From NCBI GenBank assembly GCA_000995965.1, contig LBYD01000002.1:270563-334562 (forward strand): a stretch of DNA of 64,000 nt, given 5' to 3'. The position numbers were made by a program, and so were the translations under genes. The stretch's first letter is position 1; each line of letters begins with the position of its first letter. Below the pieces are notes generated by a model. That model saw only the letters and a list, made by a program, of their open reading frames with translations, did no database searches and was not told where the DNA came from. Shown piece by piece: positions 19,026 to 28,037 of this stretch. The stretch comes from Candidatus Moranbacteria bacterium GW2011_GWC2_40_12. Lineage in GTDB: Bacteria; Patescibacteriota; Minisyncoccia; Moranbacterales; UBA11712.

Positions 19026-19281
19026 CTCCCTATAAAAAAATCGCCGGTTCCCTGACGAAAATTATTAGTTATCTACTTTTTATAGCAACATCAGATTATT
19101 AAATTTACCACCGCCTCCGCGATGTGTTCGTTCCAATCGTGACGGCGATTGTCTTTTTGCCAACTTTGGTCAATTTTCTCACTTCTCTTTCTTCTTTTTT
19201 GCTTCTTGCCATTTTTTTTTAATTACTTACCTAGTTACGTAATTATGCAAATATCCTATCTCAAAATCCCACATTTGCCAA

Positions 19282-19320
19282 GAAAAAAACCTTGCCGACT
19301 ACACGCACAAGGTTTTTCTT
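19282..19320. terminator. Bidirectional terminator (aaaaaaaccttgccgactacacgcacaaggtttttctt)
   Basis: Hairpin ccttg...caagg flanked by A-run and T-run. Confidence 0.6.
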
Positions 19321-19339
19321 AATAGAGTAGGCACTGCAC

Positions 19340-19828
19340 TTATCCTCTCCCAATCCCATACTTTGCGATGTTCAAAGCGTGCCATCTCCACGCTTTTCGC
19401 GTAATTTCGTAAGTGTCAGCTGATTGATTTGCGGGACTGCGTTTGCGTCCTTTTTTGCAGATAGGTTTCTCCTCCACAAGCCCCAGGCCTTTCATGACCT
19501 TCAGGTGTGGGATCGTTTCAGCTTTCAGGTGAAGCCTGAACTTTCCTCCCTCGCGGGAAAATCCTTCTTTGTCCGCAAAGACAGCAGCTAGTTTGTTTAG
19601 TATGTCTTCAAGAACATTAATGGGAATGATGTTTTGAGTTTCCCACGCTATTTCATTTGGAATCATATAAGCTTCCTCCGTTTCCCGTAGAATATTTCCA
19701 GCTCGTTTGAGCGGGTAAGGAACATTTTTTCTTGTCCCCATCCTATCCCAAAATGGCTGATTTATCAAGAAACTGGAAAGTTTTGACTGAATATGGTAAA
19801 ATAGGATAGTCTTAATTGCGCAAAACAC
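19340..19828 (-). CDS. Hypothetical protein; likely true start at internal Met (19738, MGTRKN) since 19828 abuts divergent ftsK start
   Basis: ORF with no recognisable motif; divergent to ftsK. Confidence 0.35.
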   Translation of the reverse strand: MFCAIKTILFYHIQSKLSSFLINQPFWDRMGTRKNVPYPLKRAGNILRETEEAYMIPNEIAWETQNIIPINVLEDILNKLAAVFADKEGFSREGGKFRLHLKAETIPHLKVMKGLGLVEEKPICKKGRKRSPANQSADTYEITRKAWRWHALNIAKYGIGRG

Positions 19829-19831
19829 AAA

Positions 19832-22105
19832 ATGGGCAGACGCCGAAAAAAAGATAAAAACGGGGAAGAAAAAACAAACGGGCGGGGGAGGACGCCGAGA
19901 AATAAAGGATTGAGCGGTGACACAAAAAGAAGCATTGTCGCTGTTTTTCTCATTGCCTTGGCCATTCTCTCCATTTTCAGCCTTTTTGGAGGAGCGGGAA
20001 CGTTTGGTGTGTATTTCAACAAAATTTTGTCGCTGGCTTTTGGTATTGGGCGCTTTCTTCTTCCGATCCTGATGATTGCCGTCGGATTCATGTATTTCCG
20101 GCGGGATACCGAGGCTTATTATGTCTTTGTGGCAGCCGGATTCATTTTATTTTTCGCGAGTGTTCTCGGTATCGTCCATATTTTCAATCCACTTTCCGAA
20201 ATGCTAGCCGTCGCGAAAGGCGGTTCGGGCGGCGGATTTTTAGGCGCGGCAACCGCTTATCCGGCTCTCAAATTTTTCGGTTTTTGGGCGGGAGCCATTG
20301 TGCTGCTCTCGGTTGCCCTGGCATCTTTGCTGCTTGCGCTCAATGTTCCATTTCGGGCGCTATTGAAACCAATTGAATGGATGAAAGAAGAGGAAGAGGA
20401 GGCCGAAGATGAGAGAGGGGAGGAAGAGCCAAGAGTTTCTGTTGAAGAAAAAAAGTCTGCAGCGGTGAAAATAAGCGAGATACTAAAAAGAAAGCCGGAA
20501 AGAGCGGCAACAGAGAAAAAAATGCCAATTGTGGAAAGACAAAGCGGTCCAATCGGATGGAAATTTCCCCCGCTTGATCTTCTGGAAAAAACAACTGGCA
20601 AGGCCAAGGCCGGCGATATCGAATCGACCGCAAAAGTAATTCAGGAAACATTCAAGAATTTCGGGATCGAAGTCGAAATCGGCGACATCAGTGTCGGACC
20701 GTCGGTGACACAGTATTGTTTCAAACCAGCAGCCGGAATCAAGCTTTCAAAAATAACGGGACTGAATAATAATCTTTCTCTGGCATTGGCCGCGCATCCA
20801 ATCCGTATTGAAGCGCCTATTCCTGGAAAATCTCTTATCGGAATTGAGGTGCCCAACAAGGTTTCGACAATGGTTCGGCTTCGGAATATCATCGAAAGTT
20901 CTGAGTTCGCGGAAAGGAAAACGAATCTCACTTTGGCGCTTGGGCAGGACGTTGCCGGAAATTATATTCTTGGCGATCTCACGGAAATGCCCCATCTCAT
21001 GATTGCAGGTGCGACCGGGACCGGGAAAAGCGTCTGCATCAACACGCTCATCACGTCACTGCTTTACCAAAATTCGCCTGACGATTTGAAGCTGATTTTG
21101 ATTGACCCGAAACGGGTAGAGCTGACAGCGTTCAACGGCATTCCGCATCTTCTCACCCCGACCGTGGTGGATAACGGAAAAGTTGCCAATTCCCTGAAGT
21201 GGGCGATCGGCGAAATGGAAAGGCGCTACAAGATGCTTCAAGAGGCGAGTTCGAGGGATATTTTTTCTTACAACAGCAAGATAAAAGAAGGGCAAACGAA
21301 AAAAATAGTAGACGAGGAGACAGGTGAGGTCGTTGGCGAGGAAGAAGTGAAAAAACTGCCATATATCGTCATCATCATTGACGAATTGGCTGACATTATG
21401 GCTAGTCATTCCAAGGAAGTGGAAGCGGCCATTGTGCGTTTGGCCCAGATGGCGCGAGCGGTGGGTATCCACCTGGTTGTCTCCACACAAAGACCGTCTG
21501 TTGAGGTTTTGACTGGTCTCATCAAGGCGAACATTACGACGAGAATCGCATTCCAAGTGGCGACGCAAATTGATTCGCGGACCATTCTTGATATGGCCGG
21601 AGCGGACAAACTTCTTGGGAATGGGGATATGCTTTTCCTTTCTGCCCGTTCGCCAAAACCAAAAAGGATTCAAGGAGTTTTTGTTTCCGAATCGGAAGTG
21701 AAACGGGTTGTGAAATCAATCAAATCCCAGCTTAAAGAAGAAGTAGAATACAACGAAGAGATTGTTGCGCCGCAGCGGGTAAGTCTGGAAGGGAAAATGA
21801 CAGGGGCAGGTTCTTTGAGCGGAGACGATGAAGGCGATGAACTCTATGAAGAAGCCAAAGATACTGTTTTGAAATCCGGAAAAGCCTCGGCGTCACTTCT
21901 CCAGCGCCGGCTTCGGGTAGGATACGCCCGGGCGGCAAGACTTTTGGATATTCTGGAGGCCAACGGCATTATTGGGCAGGCGGATGGCTCGAAAGCCAGA
22001 GAAATATTGGTTGATAACGGGAACGGATCGAAGCCGGGACAGGAAGAACCCCAGTATGAGGATGATTTTTCAGACCAAAAAGCGAGAGACCGTTGGCAAA
22101 TGTGA
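19832..22105 (+). CDS. ftsK: DNA translocase FtsK/SpoIIIE
   Basis: N-terminal TM segments, Walker A 'GATGTGKSV', 'IIIDELADIM', 'VSTQRPSVEV', C-terminal gamma domain 'SLLQRRLRVGYARAARLLDILE'. Confidence 0.95.
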   Translation: MGRRRKKDKNGEEKTNGRGRTPRNKGLSGDTKRSIVAVFLIALAILSIFSLFGGAGTFGVYFNKILSLAFGIGRFLLPILMIAVGFMYFRRDTEAYYVFVAAGFILFFASVLGIVHIFNPLSEMLAVAKGGSGGGFLGAATAYPALKFFGFWAGAIVLLSVALASLLLALNVPFRALLKPIEWMKEEEEEAEDERGEEEPRVSVEEKKSAAVKISEILKRKPERAATEKKMPIVERQSGPIGWKFPPLDLLEKTTGKAKAGDIESTAKVIQETFKNFGIEVEIGDISVGPSVTQYCFKPAAGIKLSKITGLNNNLSLALAAHPIRIEAPIPGKSLIGIEVPNKVSTMVRLRNIIESSEFAERKTNLTLALGQDVAGNYILGDLTEMPHLMIAGATGTGKSVCINTLITSLLYQNSPDDLKLILIDPKRVELTAFNGIPHLLTPTVVDNGKVANSLKWAIGEMERRYKMLQEASSRDIFSYNSKIKEGQTKKIVDEETGEVVGEEEVKKLPYIVIIIDELADIMASHSKEVEAAIVRLAQMARAVGIHLVVSTQRPSVEVLTGLIKANITTRIAFQVATQIDSRTILDMAGADKLLGNGDMLFLSARSPKPKRIQGVFVSESEVKRVVKSIKSQLKEEVEYNEEIVAPQRVSLEGKMTGAGSLSGDDEGDELYEEAKDTVLKSGKASASLLQRRLRVGYARAARLLDILEANGIIGQADGSKAREILVDNGNGSKPGQEEPQYEDDFSDQKARDRWQM

Positions 22106-22243
22106 TTTGGGGGAGTATAATAAGGGAAAATAAAAAGACAACTTAGCAGGCTTGTTTTCGATCCTGCTTTTATTATGAAAAAAGTGATTTGCAATTTGTA
22201 ATTGGTAATTGGGATAAAAAAGAATTTTTGCAGAATAATCCGA

Positions 22244-22268
22244 ATTACTAATTACTAATTACTAATTA
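22244..22268. repeat. Short tandem repeat (ATTACTA)x3-4
   Basis: attactaattactaattactaatta. Confidence 0.6.
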
Positions 22269-22275
22269 TAGTAAT

Positions 22276-23274
22276 TTGCTTCGCAATTTTACTAAGAAAA
22301 AAATAAATTCCTATACCCTCGGTGAACAGCTGAAAAAGATGCGGAGCGACGGCCGGGTGACTCTTCACGAAGTTTCGCGGGAAACAAAGATTCCAGTTAA
22401 ATATTTGGCGATGATCGAAGAAGGAGACTCGGAAAATCTCCCGCCGGATGTATATGTAAAAGGGTTTCTGAAAAGCTACGCTGAATATCTGGGGATTGAC
22501 CATCAAAAGCTTGTTGCTCTTTATCTGCGCGACAAGGATATCAAGAATAATCTTGGAAAGAACGACCGAAAGGAAAAAACGCCCAAGACCTCCCGGTTAC
22601 CGCGTTTTGTGATTACGCCAAAAATGACCACGGCCGCCGTCGCAATCATTATTGCTGCCAGCGGATTTTATTACTTATACAGTGAAATTGGCCGTTTTGC
22701 CGCCCTCCCGAGGCTTGTTGTCACCGATCCGGCAGGGGACACGTCAGTAGAAGGAAATTCTATCACTATTTCCGGTTTCACCGATCAGGACGCGAAACTT
22801 ACTATCAATGAACAGGCCGTGATGGTGAAGGACAACGGTGAATTTCAGGAAAATCTTTTGCTTCAGGAAGGCGTGAATTCAATCAACATATCTTCGATGA
22901 ACAGGTTTGGGAAAACAGCGGTGAAAACATTGAATATAAGCTCAAACTATAAAAAGCCGGAAATTGCCTTTGATGAAAATGGAGGCGGTGAAGGGCAGGT
23001 AAGCGGAGAGCAAGCGAGGAAAGAAGAGGGTGTCGAGATTGCCTTGAGAGTAGACGCCAACCCGACCTGGCTTTCCGTCGAAATTGACGGGAAACTTGTT
23101 TATTCGGGGACAATGCTTCCTGGAGCGACGCAGAGCTTCAAAGGCGAGAAGGAAGTCAGAGTAACCAGCGGAAAAGCGAATCAAACCTTCATCCAGGTGA
23201 ACGGGAAAGATGAAAAAATTTTGGCGGATGATCCGGGAATAGTGAGGGATGTATTGTTTGGTCCAAATGATTAA
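22276..23274 (+). CDS. rodZ: RodZ-like cytoskeleton protein (HTH_XRE + TM + C-terminal domain)
   Basis: 'LGEQLKKMRSDGRVTLHEVSRETKIPVKYLAMIEEGD' HTH, central TM 'AAVAIIIAASGFYYLY', DUF4115-like C-terminus. Confidence 0.65.
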   Translation: MLRNFTKKKINSYTLGEQLKKMRSDGRVTLHEVSRETKIPVKYLAMIEEGDSENLPPDVYVKGFLKSYAEYLGIDHQKLVALYLRDKDIKNNLGKNDRKEKTPKTSRLPRFVITPKMTTAAVAIIIAASGFYYLYSEIGRFAALPRLVVTDPAGDTSVEGNSITISGFTDQDAKLTINEQAVMVKDNGEFQENLLLQEGVNSINISSMNRFGKTAVKTLNISSNYKKPEIAFDENGGGEGQVSGEQARKEEGVEIALRVDANPTWLSVEIDGKLVYSGTMLPGATQSFKGEKEVRVTSGKANQTFIQVNGKDEKILADDPGIVRDVLFGPND

Positions 23275-23376
23275 CTGTTTTCCAAATAAGAATCTTATAC
23301 GAATATGCAAATGCAAAAATATTCGCAATTGATAAATTCGTTAAGCAAAGCGTATTCATAATTCGTAAAAAAATTT

Positions 23377-24369
23377 ATGTCAAAAGAATCTCAAAACAAA
23401 GAAACTCTGCTAGAGGATACCGTCAAGGAAATCAAGGACCGCTTTGGAGACGGGTCAATTATGAAACTTGGGGATGTGAAAAGAGTTGATGTGGCGGCTA
23501 TCCCGACTGGTGCGCCATCCCTGGATTTGGCGCTTGGGATTGGCGGAGTTCCGCGAGGGAGAATCATTGAAATATACGGCCCGGAATCATCCGGGAAGAC
23601 GACACTTGCTCTCCATATTGTGGCCAATGCCCAAAAAACGGGCTCGGCTGCCTTCATTGACGCGGAGCACGCCCTTGACCCTTCTTATGCCAAAAAAATC
23701 GGAGTAAATCTCAATGATCTTTTGATATCTCAGCCTGACAATGGGGAACAAGCGCTGGATATCGTGGAGACGCTTGTGAAATCGAACGCCGTGGACGTGA
23801 TCGTTATCGACAGCGTAGCCGCCCTGACTCCGCAAGCGGAGATTGAAGGCGAGATGGGAGATAGCCATATGGGGCGGCAAGCGCGACTCATGTCTCAGGC
23901 CCTTCGCAAACTCACGGCAATCGGTGCGAAAAGTAATGTGACCATAATTTTCATAAATCAGATCCGAATGAAAATCGGAGTTGTTTTTGGCAATCCCGAG
24001 ACAACTACCGGAGGAAACGCCTTGAAATTCTATGCTTCCGTCCGTATTGAAGTTCGGCGCGCGGCCCAAATAAAAATGGGAGATCAAGTGGTTGGAAACC
24101 GGGTAAAAGCAAAAATTGTGAAAAACAAAGTTGCTCCGCCATTTCAAGTCACTGAATTCGACATCATGTATAACGAGGGCATTTCAAAAGAAGGGGATCT
24201 CATCGACACAGGCGTGAAATATGAAATCGTGACTAAAACCGGAAACTCTTTTTCTTTTGGCGAGACAAAAATTGGCGTTGGCCGAGAAAAGGCGAAAACA
24301 TTTCTGCGCGAAAACCCGAAAGTTTACAAAGAAATCGAAAAAGCGCTCAAAGAAAAGGTGAAAGAATAG
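23377..24369 (+). CDS. recA: Recombinase RecA
   Basis: '[20 protein letters not shown]', 'IDAEHALDP', '[10 protein letters not shown]' canonical RecA. Confidence 0.97.
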   Translation: MSKESQNKETLLEDTVKEIKDRFGDGSIMKLGDVKRVDVAAIPTGAPSLDLALGIGGVPRGRIIEIYGPESSGKTTLALHIVANAQKTGSAAFIDAEHALDPSYAKKIGVNLNDLLISQPDNGEQALDIVETLVKSNAVDVIVIDSVAALTPQAEIEGEMGDSHMGRQARLMSQALRKLTAIGAKSNVTIIFINQIRMKIGVVFGNPETTTGGNALKFYASVRIEVRRAAQIKMGDQVVGNRVKAKIVKNKVAPPFQVTEFDIMYNEGISKEGDLIDTGVKYEIVTKTGNSFSFGETKIGVGREKAKTFLRENPKVYKEIEKALKEKVKE

Positions 24370-24435
24370 TTTTCTTCCGGATAAAAAAGCGATCCCGAAA
24401 TGGCCGCTTTTTGCTTTATATAAAGAATTATTTAT

Positions 24436-24996
24436 TCACTTCGCCCTTTCCACATATTCTCCCGTTTCTGTGTTGATTCGGAGAATGTCGCCAACTTTGA
24501 CAAAGAGGGGGGTATTCACTTTTATTCCGGTTTCGAGTGTCACTTGTTTTGTTCCGCCGTCAGCAGTGTTGCCGCGGATTGCGGGCGGAGCTTCGACGAC
24601 GCGCAATTCAATTTTGACGGGCAATTCTATGTTTATCGGTTTTCCGTTGTAGTTCAGGATTGTTATTTCCGTGCCTTCAAGGAGATATTTCGTCGATCCG
24701 GCAAGAACGGCTTGGGGGAGCGAAAACTGTTCATAAGTCGCGTTGTCCATGAAAAAGAAATTTTCTCCTTCGCGATAGAGATACTGCGCTTTTGTTTTTG
24801 AAATTTGGGCTTCTTCTATTTTATCCGCCCCTTGAAAAGTTTTTTCCATGACCGCTCCGGTATTGAGATTTCTGATTTTTGTCCGCAGCACTGCGCCGGC
24901 CCGCCCGGTCTTTGAATGCTGATGAAAAATAACGAGATAGGGCTCGTTATTTAGCGAAATATTCTTGCCTGTTTTGATGTCAGGAAGATTTAGCAT
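24436..24996 (-). CDS. efp: Translation elongation factor P
   Basis: 186 aa; 'KTGKNISLNNEPYLVIFHQHSKTGRAGAVLRTKIRNLNTG' matches EF-P N-terminal KOW-like domain. Confidence 0.9.
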   Translation of the reverse strand: MLNLPDIKTGKNISLNNEPYLVIFHQHSKTGRAGAVLRTKIRNLNTGAVMEKTFQGADKIEEAQISKTKAQYLYREGENFFFMDNATYEQFSLPQAVLAGSTKYLLEGTEITILNYNGKPINIELPVKIELRVVEAPPAIRGNTADGGTKQVTLETGIKVNTPLFVKVGDILRINTETGEYVERAK

Positions 24997-25238
24997 TATT
25001 TTATCAAATAAGAAATCAGCGCCATTGCCCGCGCTCGTTTAACGGATCTGGCAACCATTCTCTGATGCTTCGAGCAATTCCCGGTTCTTTTTGGCGGCAT
25101 AATCTTGGCCTGGGAACTCATGAACTTCCGGAGGAGAAGGGTATCTTTATAGTCAATGGCGTCAATTTTGTTGGCACAGAAATAACAAGGCTTTTTGGGC
25201 AGCGGCTGGCTGTAATTTAGGTTCATTATTTTTTTCAT
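24996..25238 (-). CDS. rpsR: 30S ribosomal protein S18
   Basis: 'CYFCANKIDAIDYKDTLLLRKFMSSQAKIMPPKRTGNCSKHQR...KRAR' canonical S18; stop overlaps efp start by 1 nt. Confidence 0.92.
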   Translation of the reverse strand: MKKIMNLNYSQPLPKKPCYFCANKIDAIDYKDTLLLRKFMSSQAKIMPPKRTGNCSKHQRMVARSVKRARAMALISYLIK

Positions 25239-25249
25239 GGCGTGTAAGA

Positions 25250-25747
25250 TTAAAACGGAATATCTTCAATTTTTACTTCGTCCTGGCTCTCGTCAATCTG
25301 GATTGTTGGAATTTCTTCGGGTTGGAGCGGAGCGGGTCGGGCAGACGAAGTTTGCGGCGATGGAGACGGCTGGGCTTGTCGAGGCGCAGATGGTTGGAAA
25401 GAAGAAGTCCCTTGAGGTTTTCGATCGAGCATAATCATGTTCTCCATGACTACTTCGGTCATATATCGCTTATTCCCGTCTTGTCCCTGCCAGCTACGGG
25501 TTTGAATACGCCCTTCGACAAAAACTTTGCTTCCTTTTCGGAGATATTGGCCGCAGATTTCGGCCAGTTTTCCCCAAGCGACGATATTATGAAATTCAGC
25601 TGATTCCTTTCTCTCTCCGGAATTTGGATCTTTCCAGACGCGATTAGTGGCCAGGCCAAAATTAGCAACGGATTGTCCCGACGGAGTAGAGCGCAGTTCC
25701 GGATCGCGGGTTATATTGCCAATGAGCATTGCTTTGTTGAGATCCAT
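25250..25747 (-). CDS. ssb: Single-stranded DNA-binding protein
   Basis: 'MDLNKAMLIGNITRDPELRSTPSGQSVANFGLATN', Pro/Gln-rich linker, C-terminal acidic tail ending DIPF. Confidence 0.93.
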   Translation of the reverse strand: MDLNKAMLIGNITRDPELRSTPSGQSVANFGLATNRVWKDPNSGERKESAEFHNIVAWGKLAEICGQYLRKGSKVFVEGRIQTRSWQGQDGNKRYMTEVVMENMIMLDRKPQGTSSFQPSAPRQAQPSPSPQTSSARPAPLQPEEIPTIQIDESQDEVKIEDIPF

Positions 25748-25845
25748 AGTTTTGTGAATTAAGAATTATGAATTGTGAATGGGAATGTAGAATATAGGGA
25801 ATAAAGAATAGTATATTCTCAATTCTAAATTCTCAATTCCCAATT

Positions 25846-26421
25846 CTAGGAGGGTGTTTCTTCCAAAATTTCGCTCAATTTCTCATCAAGCTCGGAAAGA
25901 GAGGCCTTGGGTTTGTCCTCATCGATTTTTGTTTCTGCCACCGGCCCGGCTGGTTTTTCAATCTGTTTAGGACTAGTCGGTTTTTCTTTTCCTCCGCCTG
26001 TTCTTGTCTTGGCTTTTTCTTCTTCGAATTTGATTCCTCCCGATATGATTGGCTTTCCGATTTCTTCGGCTCTGACAACAATATGCCGCATAATATTGCC
26101 GTAAAGGCCTAAACGTTTTCCGATCTCGGGAATATTTTGCCTGTTTTCGTCGTCAAGCGAGAAGCGGACAAAACTGAAAAAAGCGTGGGTGTTTCGCTTG
26201 ATGGGATAAGCCAGCTTTCTTTTTCCGATGTCCGAAAAGCCGCCCGAAAGCTTTCCGCCAAGGCTTTCAAGAATTTCAGTGATATCTTTTTTAATGGAGC
26301 CGATTTTGTCCTCGTTCGCGACTTGGGTGAAAAAAAGAAGTTCGTATTCCACTGGATATTTGATAAAAATTAATCCACCAAGAAAGTCCGTTCCGTTGGT
26401 GGAATTTGGCTCTCTATCCAA
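25846..26421 (-). CDS. rpsF: 30S ribosomal protein S6 with long C-terminal charged extension (N-terminus likely shorter than ORF)
   Basis: 'YELLFFTQVANEDKIGSIKKDITEILESLGGKL...GKRKLAYPIKRNTHAFFSFVRF' canonical S6 core. Confidence 0.85.
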   Translation of the reverse strand: MDREPNSTNGTDFLGGLIFIKYPVEYELLFFTQVANEDKIGSIKKDITEILESLGGKLSGGFSDIGKRKLAYPIKRNTHAFFSFVRFSLDDENRQNIPEIGKRLGLYGNIMRHIVVRAEEIGKPIISGGIKFEEEKAKTRTGGGKEKPTSPKQIEKPAGPVAETKIDEDKPKASLSELDEKLSEILEETPS

Positions 26422-26690
26422 AGAGGCGGAGAACCAATGGACTTTCCTGATTGTGAAATAAGCCTATCATAGAACCTTTTTCTTGGCAAGCCGAAGAAAT
26501 CATGCTAGGATAAATGCATATAAAAAAAGATTCATATGTTCAACGAAGAAAAGGTGAAAAAGGATCTGGAAAAGATGCGGGATATGTATAAAAAAGCCCT
26601 CAAGGATCTCAAAGATATTGATGCGAGGCAGGAGGAAATCGCGAAAAAAATATATTCAATGCCTAAGCGTAATTTGAATAAAAGAAAAAT

Positions 26691-26897
26691 ATGGGAGCAA
26701 TAGAACGAGAAGAAACATTACCAACGCTGGACATGGCTGATCATATGAGAAATGAAATAGAAATGAATGCAAGAAGAATATTGGCAAGAAACAATGATCT
26801 GAAAAACGAAGCTTCACAAAGACCGGGAGCGGAGGTGTATTTTTTGGATTTGGAAAGAATCAAAGAAGAGGTGGAAAAAATTAAAGATAAATATTAG
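26691..26897 (+). CDS. Hypothetical small charged/coiled-coil protein (68 aa); a second 55-aa ORF at ~26537-26704 precedes it
   Basis: ORFs only; no motif. Confidence 0.25.
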   Translation: MGAIEREETLPTLDMADHMRNEIEMNARRILARNNDLKNEASQRPGAEVYFLDLERIKEEVEKIKDKY

Positions 26898-26983
26898 AGA
26901 CCAGAAATATTTCAGATCTTGAACTCAATCACCCCGATAGTGAAAGCCTTGCTTTGCTACGGGGCAAGCATCTCCTTTCAGTT

Positions 26984-28033
26984 TCAGATTTTGAATTCGA
27001 TTACATCGCCATCTTTCACTATATAGTCCTTTCCTTCGGTGCGGAGAGTGCCGAGTTCACGGGCCTTGGCCCAGGAACCGGCTTCGAGAAGTTTTTGCCA
27101 ATTGATCACGTCCGCGCGGATGAATTTTTCTTCAAAATCGCTGTGAATGGCTCGGCCTGCCTCAGGAGCAGTCGAGTCATATTTCACGGTCCAGGCGCGG
27201 GTTTCATCCTCACCGGTCGTGAGAAAAGTTATCAGGTTCAAGACTTCGTATGATTTTAAAATAAGTTTGTCGAGATTTGATTTCATTCCAAGTTCCGCGG
27301 ATTCATTAGCTGACATTTGAGAAAGCTCTTCTTCGATTTTGATGTCTACAGCGACACTATTGACCCTAGAGCTGACCCTAGAGCTGAGCTCTAGGGTATT
27401 TTTTTCGTGGATATTTAGGACATAAAATATTGGTTTCCAAGTGAGGAGCTGCATATCTTTTACCAATGCCATATCTTCGGCAGATAATTTCAGGTCTCTC
27501 GCAAGTTTTCCTTCATCAAGAATAATTTTAATTTTCTTCGCTACCCCCAGTGCGGCGATCGCTTCTTTGTTTTGTCCCCGGGCCTCTTTCTCAAGTTTTA
27601 CAATGCGTTTACTAACAGTATCGAGGTCAGCGAGGATCAGTTCTGTATTGATAATCTCAATATCATTTTGCGGATCAATTTTGTCGTGGATATGAGTAAT
27701 ATTTTTATCTTCGAAGACGCGGACGACTTGGACAATCGCGTCTACTTCTCGGATATGCGCCAAAAATTTGTTTCCCAGTCCTTCGCCTTCGGCGGCGCCC
27801 TTGACGAGTCCGGCAATATCGACAAATTCAATAACCGTTGGCACAACTTTGGCCGACTTCGACATCTTCGCCAATTTCTCGAGCCTTTCATCCGGCACTT
27901 TCACAATCCCGACATTCGGCTCAATGGTGCAGAAAGGATAATTGGCGATATCCACCGGATTTTTGGTGAGGGCTTTGAAGAGGGTGGACTTTCCCACGTT
28001 CGGCAACCCCACGATTCCGACTTTTAGTGACAT
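26984..28033 (-). CDS. ychF: Ribosome-binding ATPase YchF (Obg-family), carrying an in-frame palindromic-repeat-encoded segment
   Basis: 'GIVGLPNVGKSTLFKALT', 'NYPFCTIEPN', C-terminal TGS 'EGKDYIVKDGDVIEFKI'. Confidence 0.93.
   Translation of the reverse strand: MSLKVGIVGLPNVGKSTLFKALTKNPVDIANYPFCTIEPNVGIVKVPDERLEKLAKMSKSAKVVPTVIEFVDIAGLVKGAAEGEGLGNKFLAHIREVDAIVQVVRVFEDKNITHIHDKIDPQNDIEIINTELILADLDTVSKRIVKLEKEARGQNKEAIAALGVAKKIKIILDEGKLARDLKLSAEDMALVKDMQLLTWKPIFYVLNIHEKNTLELSSRVSSRVNSVAVDIKIEEELSQMSANESAELGMKSNLDKLILKSYEVLNLITFLTTGEDETRAWTVKYDSTAPEAGRAIHSDFEEKFIRADVINWQKLLEAGSWAKARELGTLRTEGKDYIVKDGDVIEFKI
27362..27397. repeat. Palindromic repeat element, 1.5 copies (gaccctagagct + gaccctagagctgagctctagggt) inside ychF coding sequence
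   Basis: Perfect palindrome ccctagagct-g-agctctaggg; identical core at 38627-38650; translated in ychF as LELSSRVSSRV. Confidence 0.8.
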
Positions 28034-28037
28034 AAAT

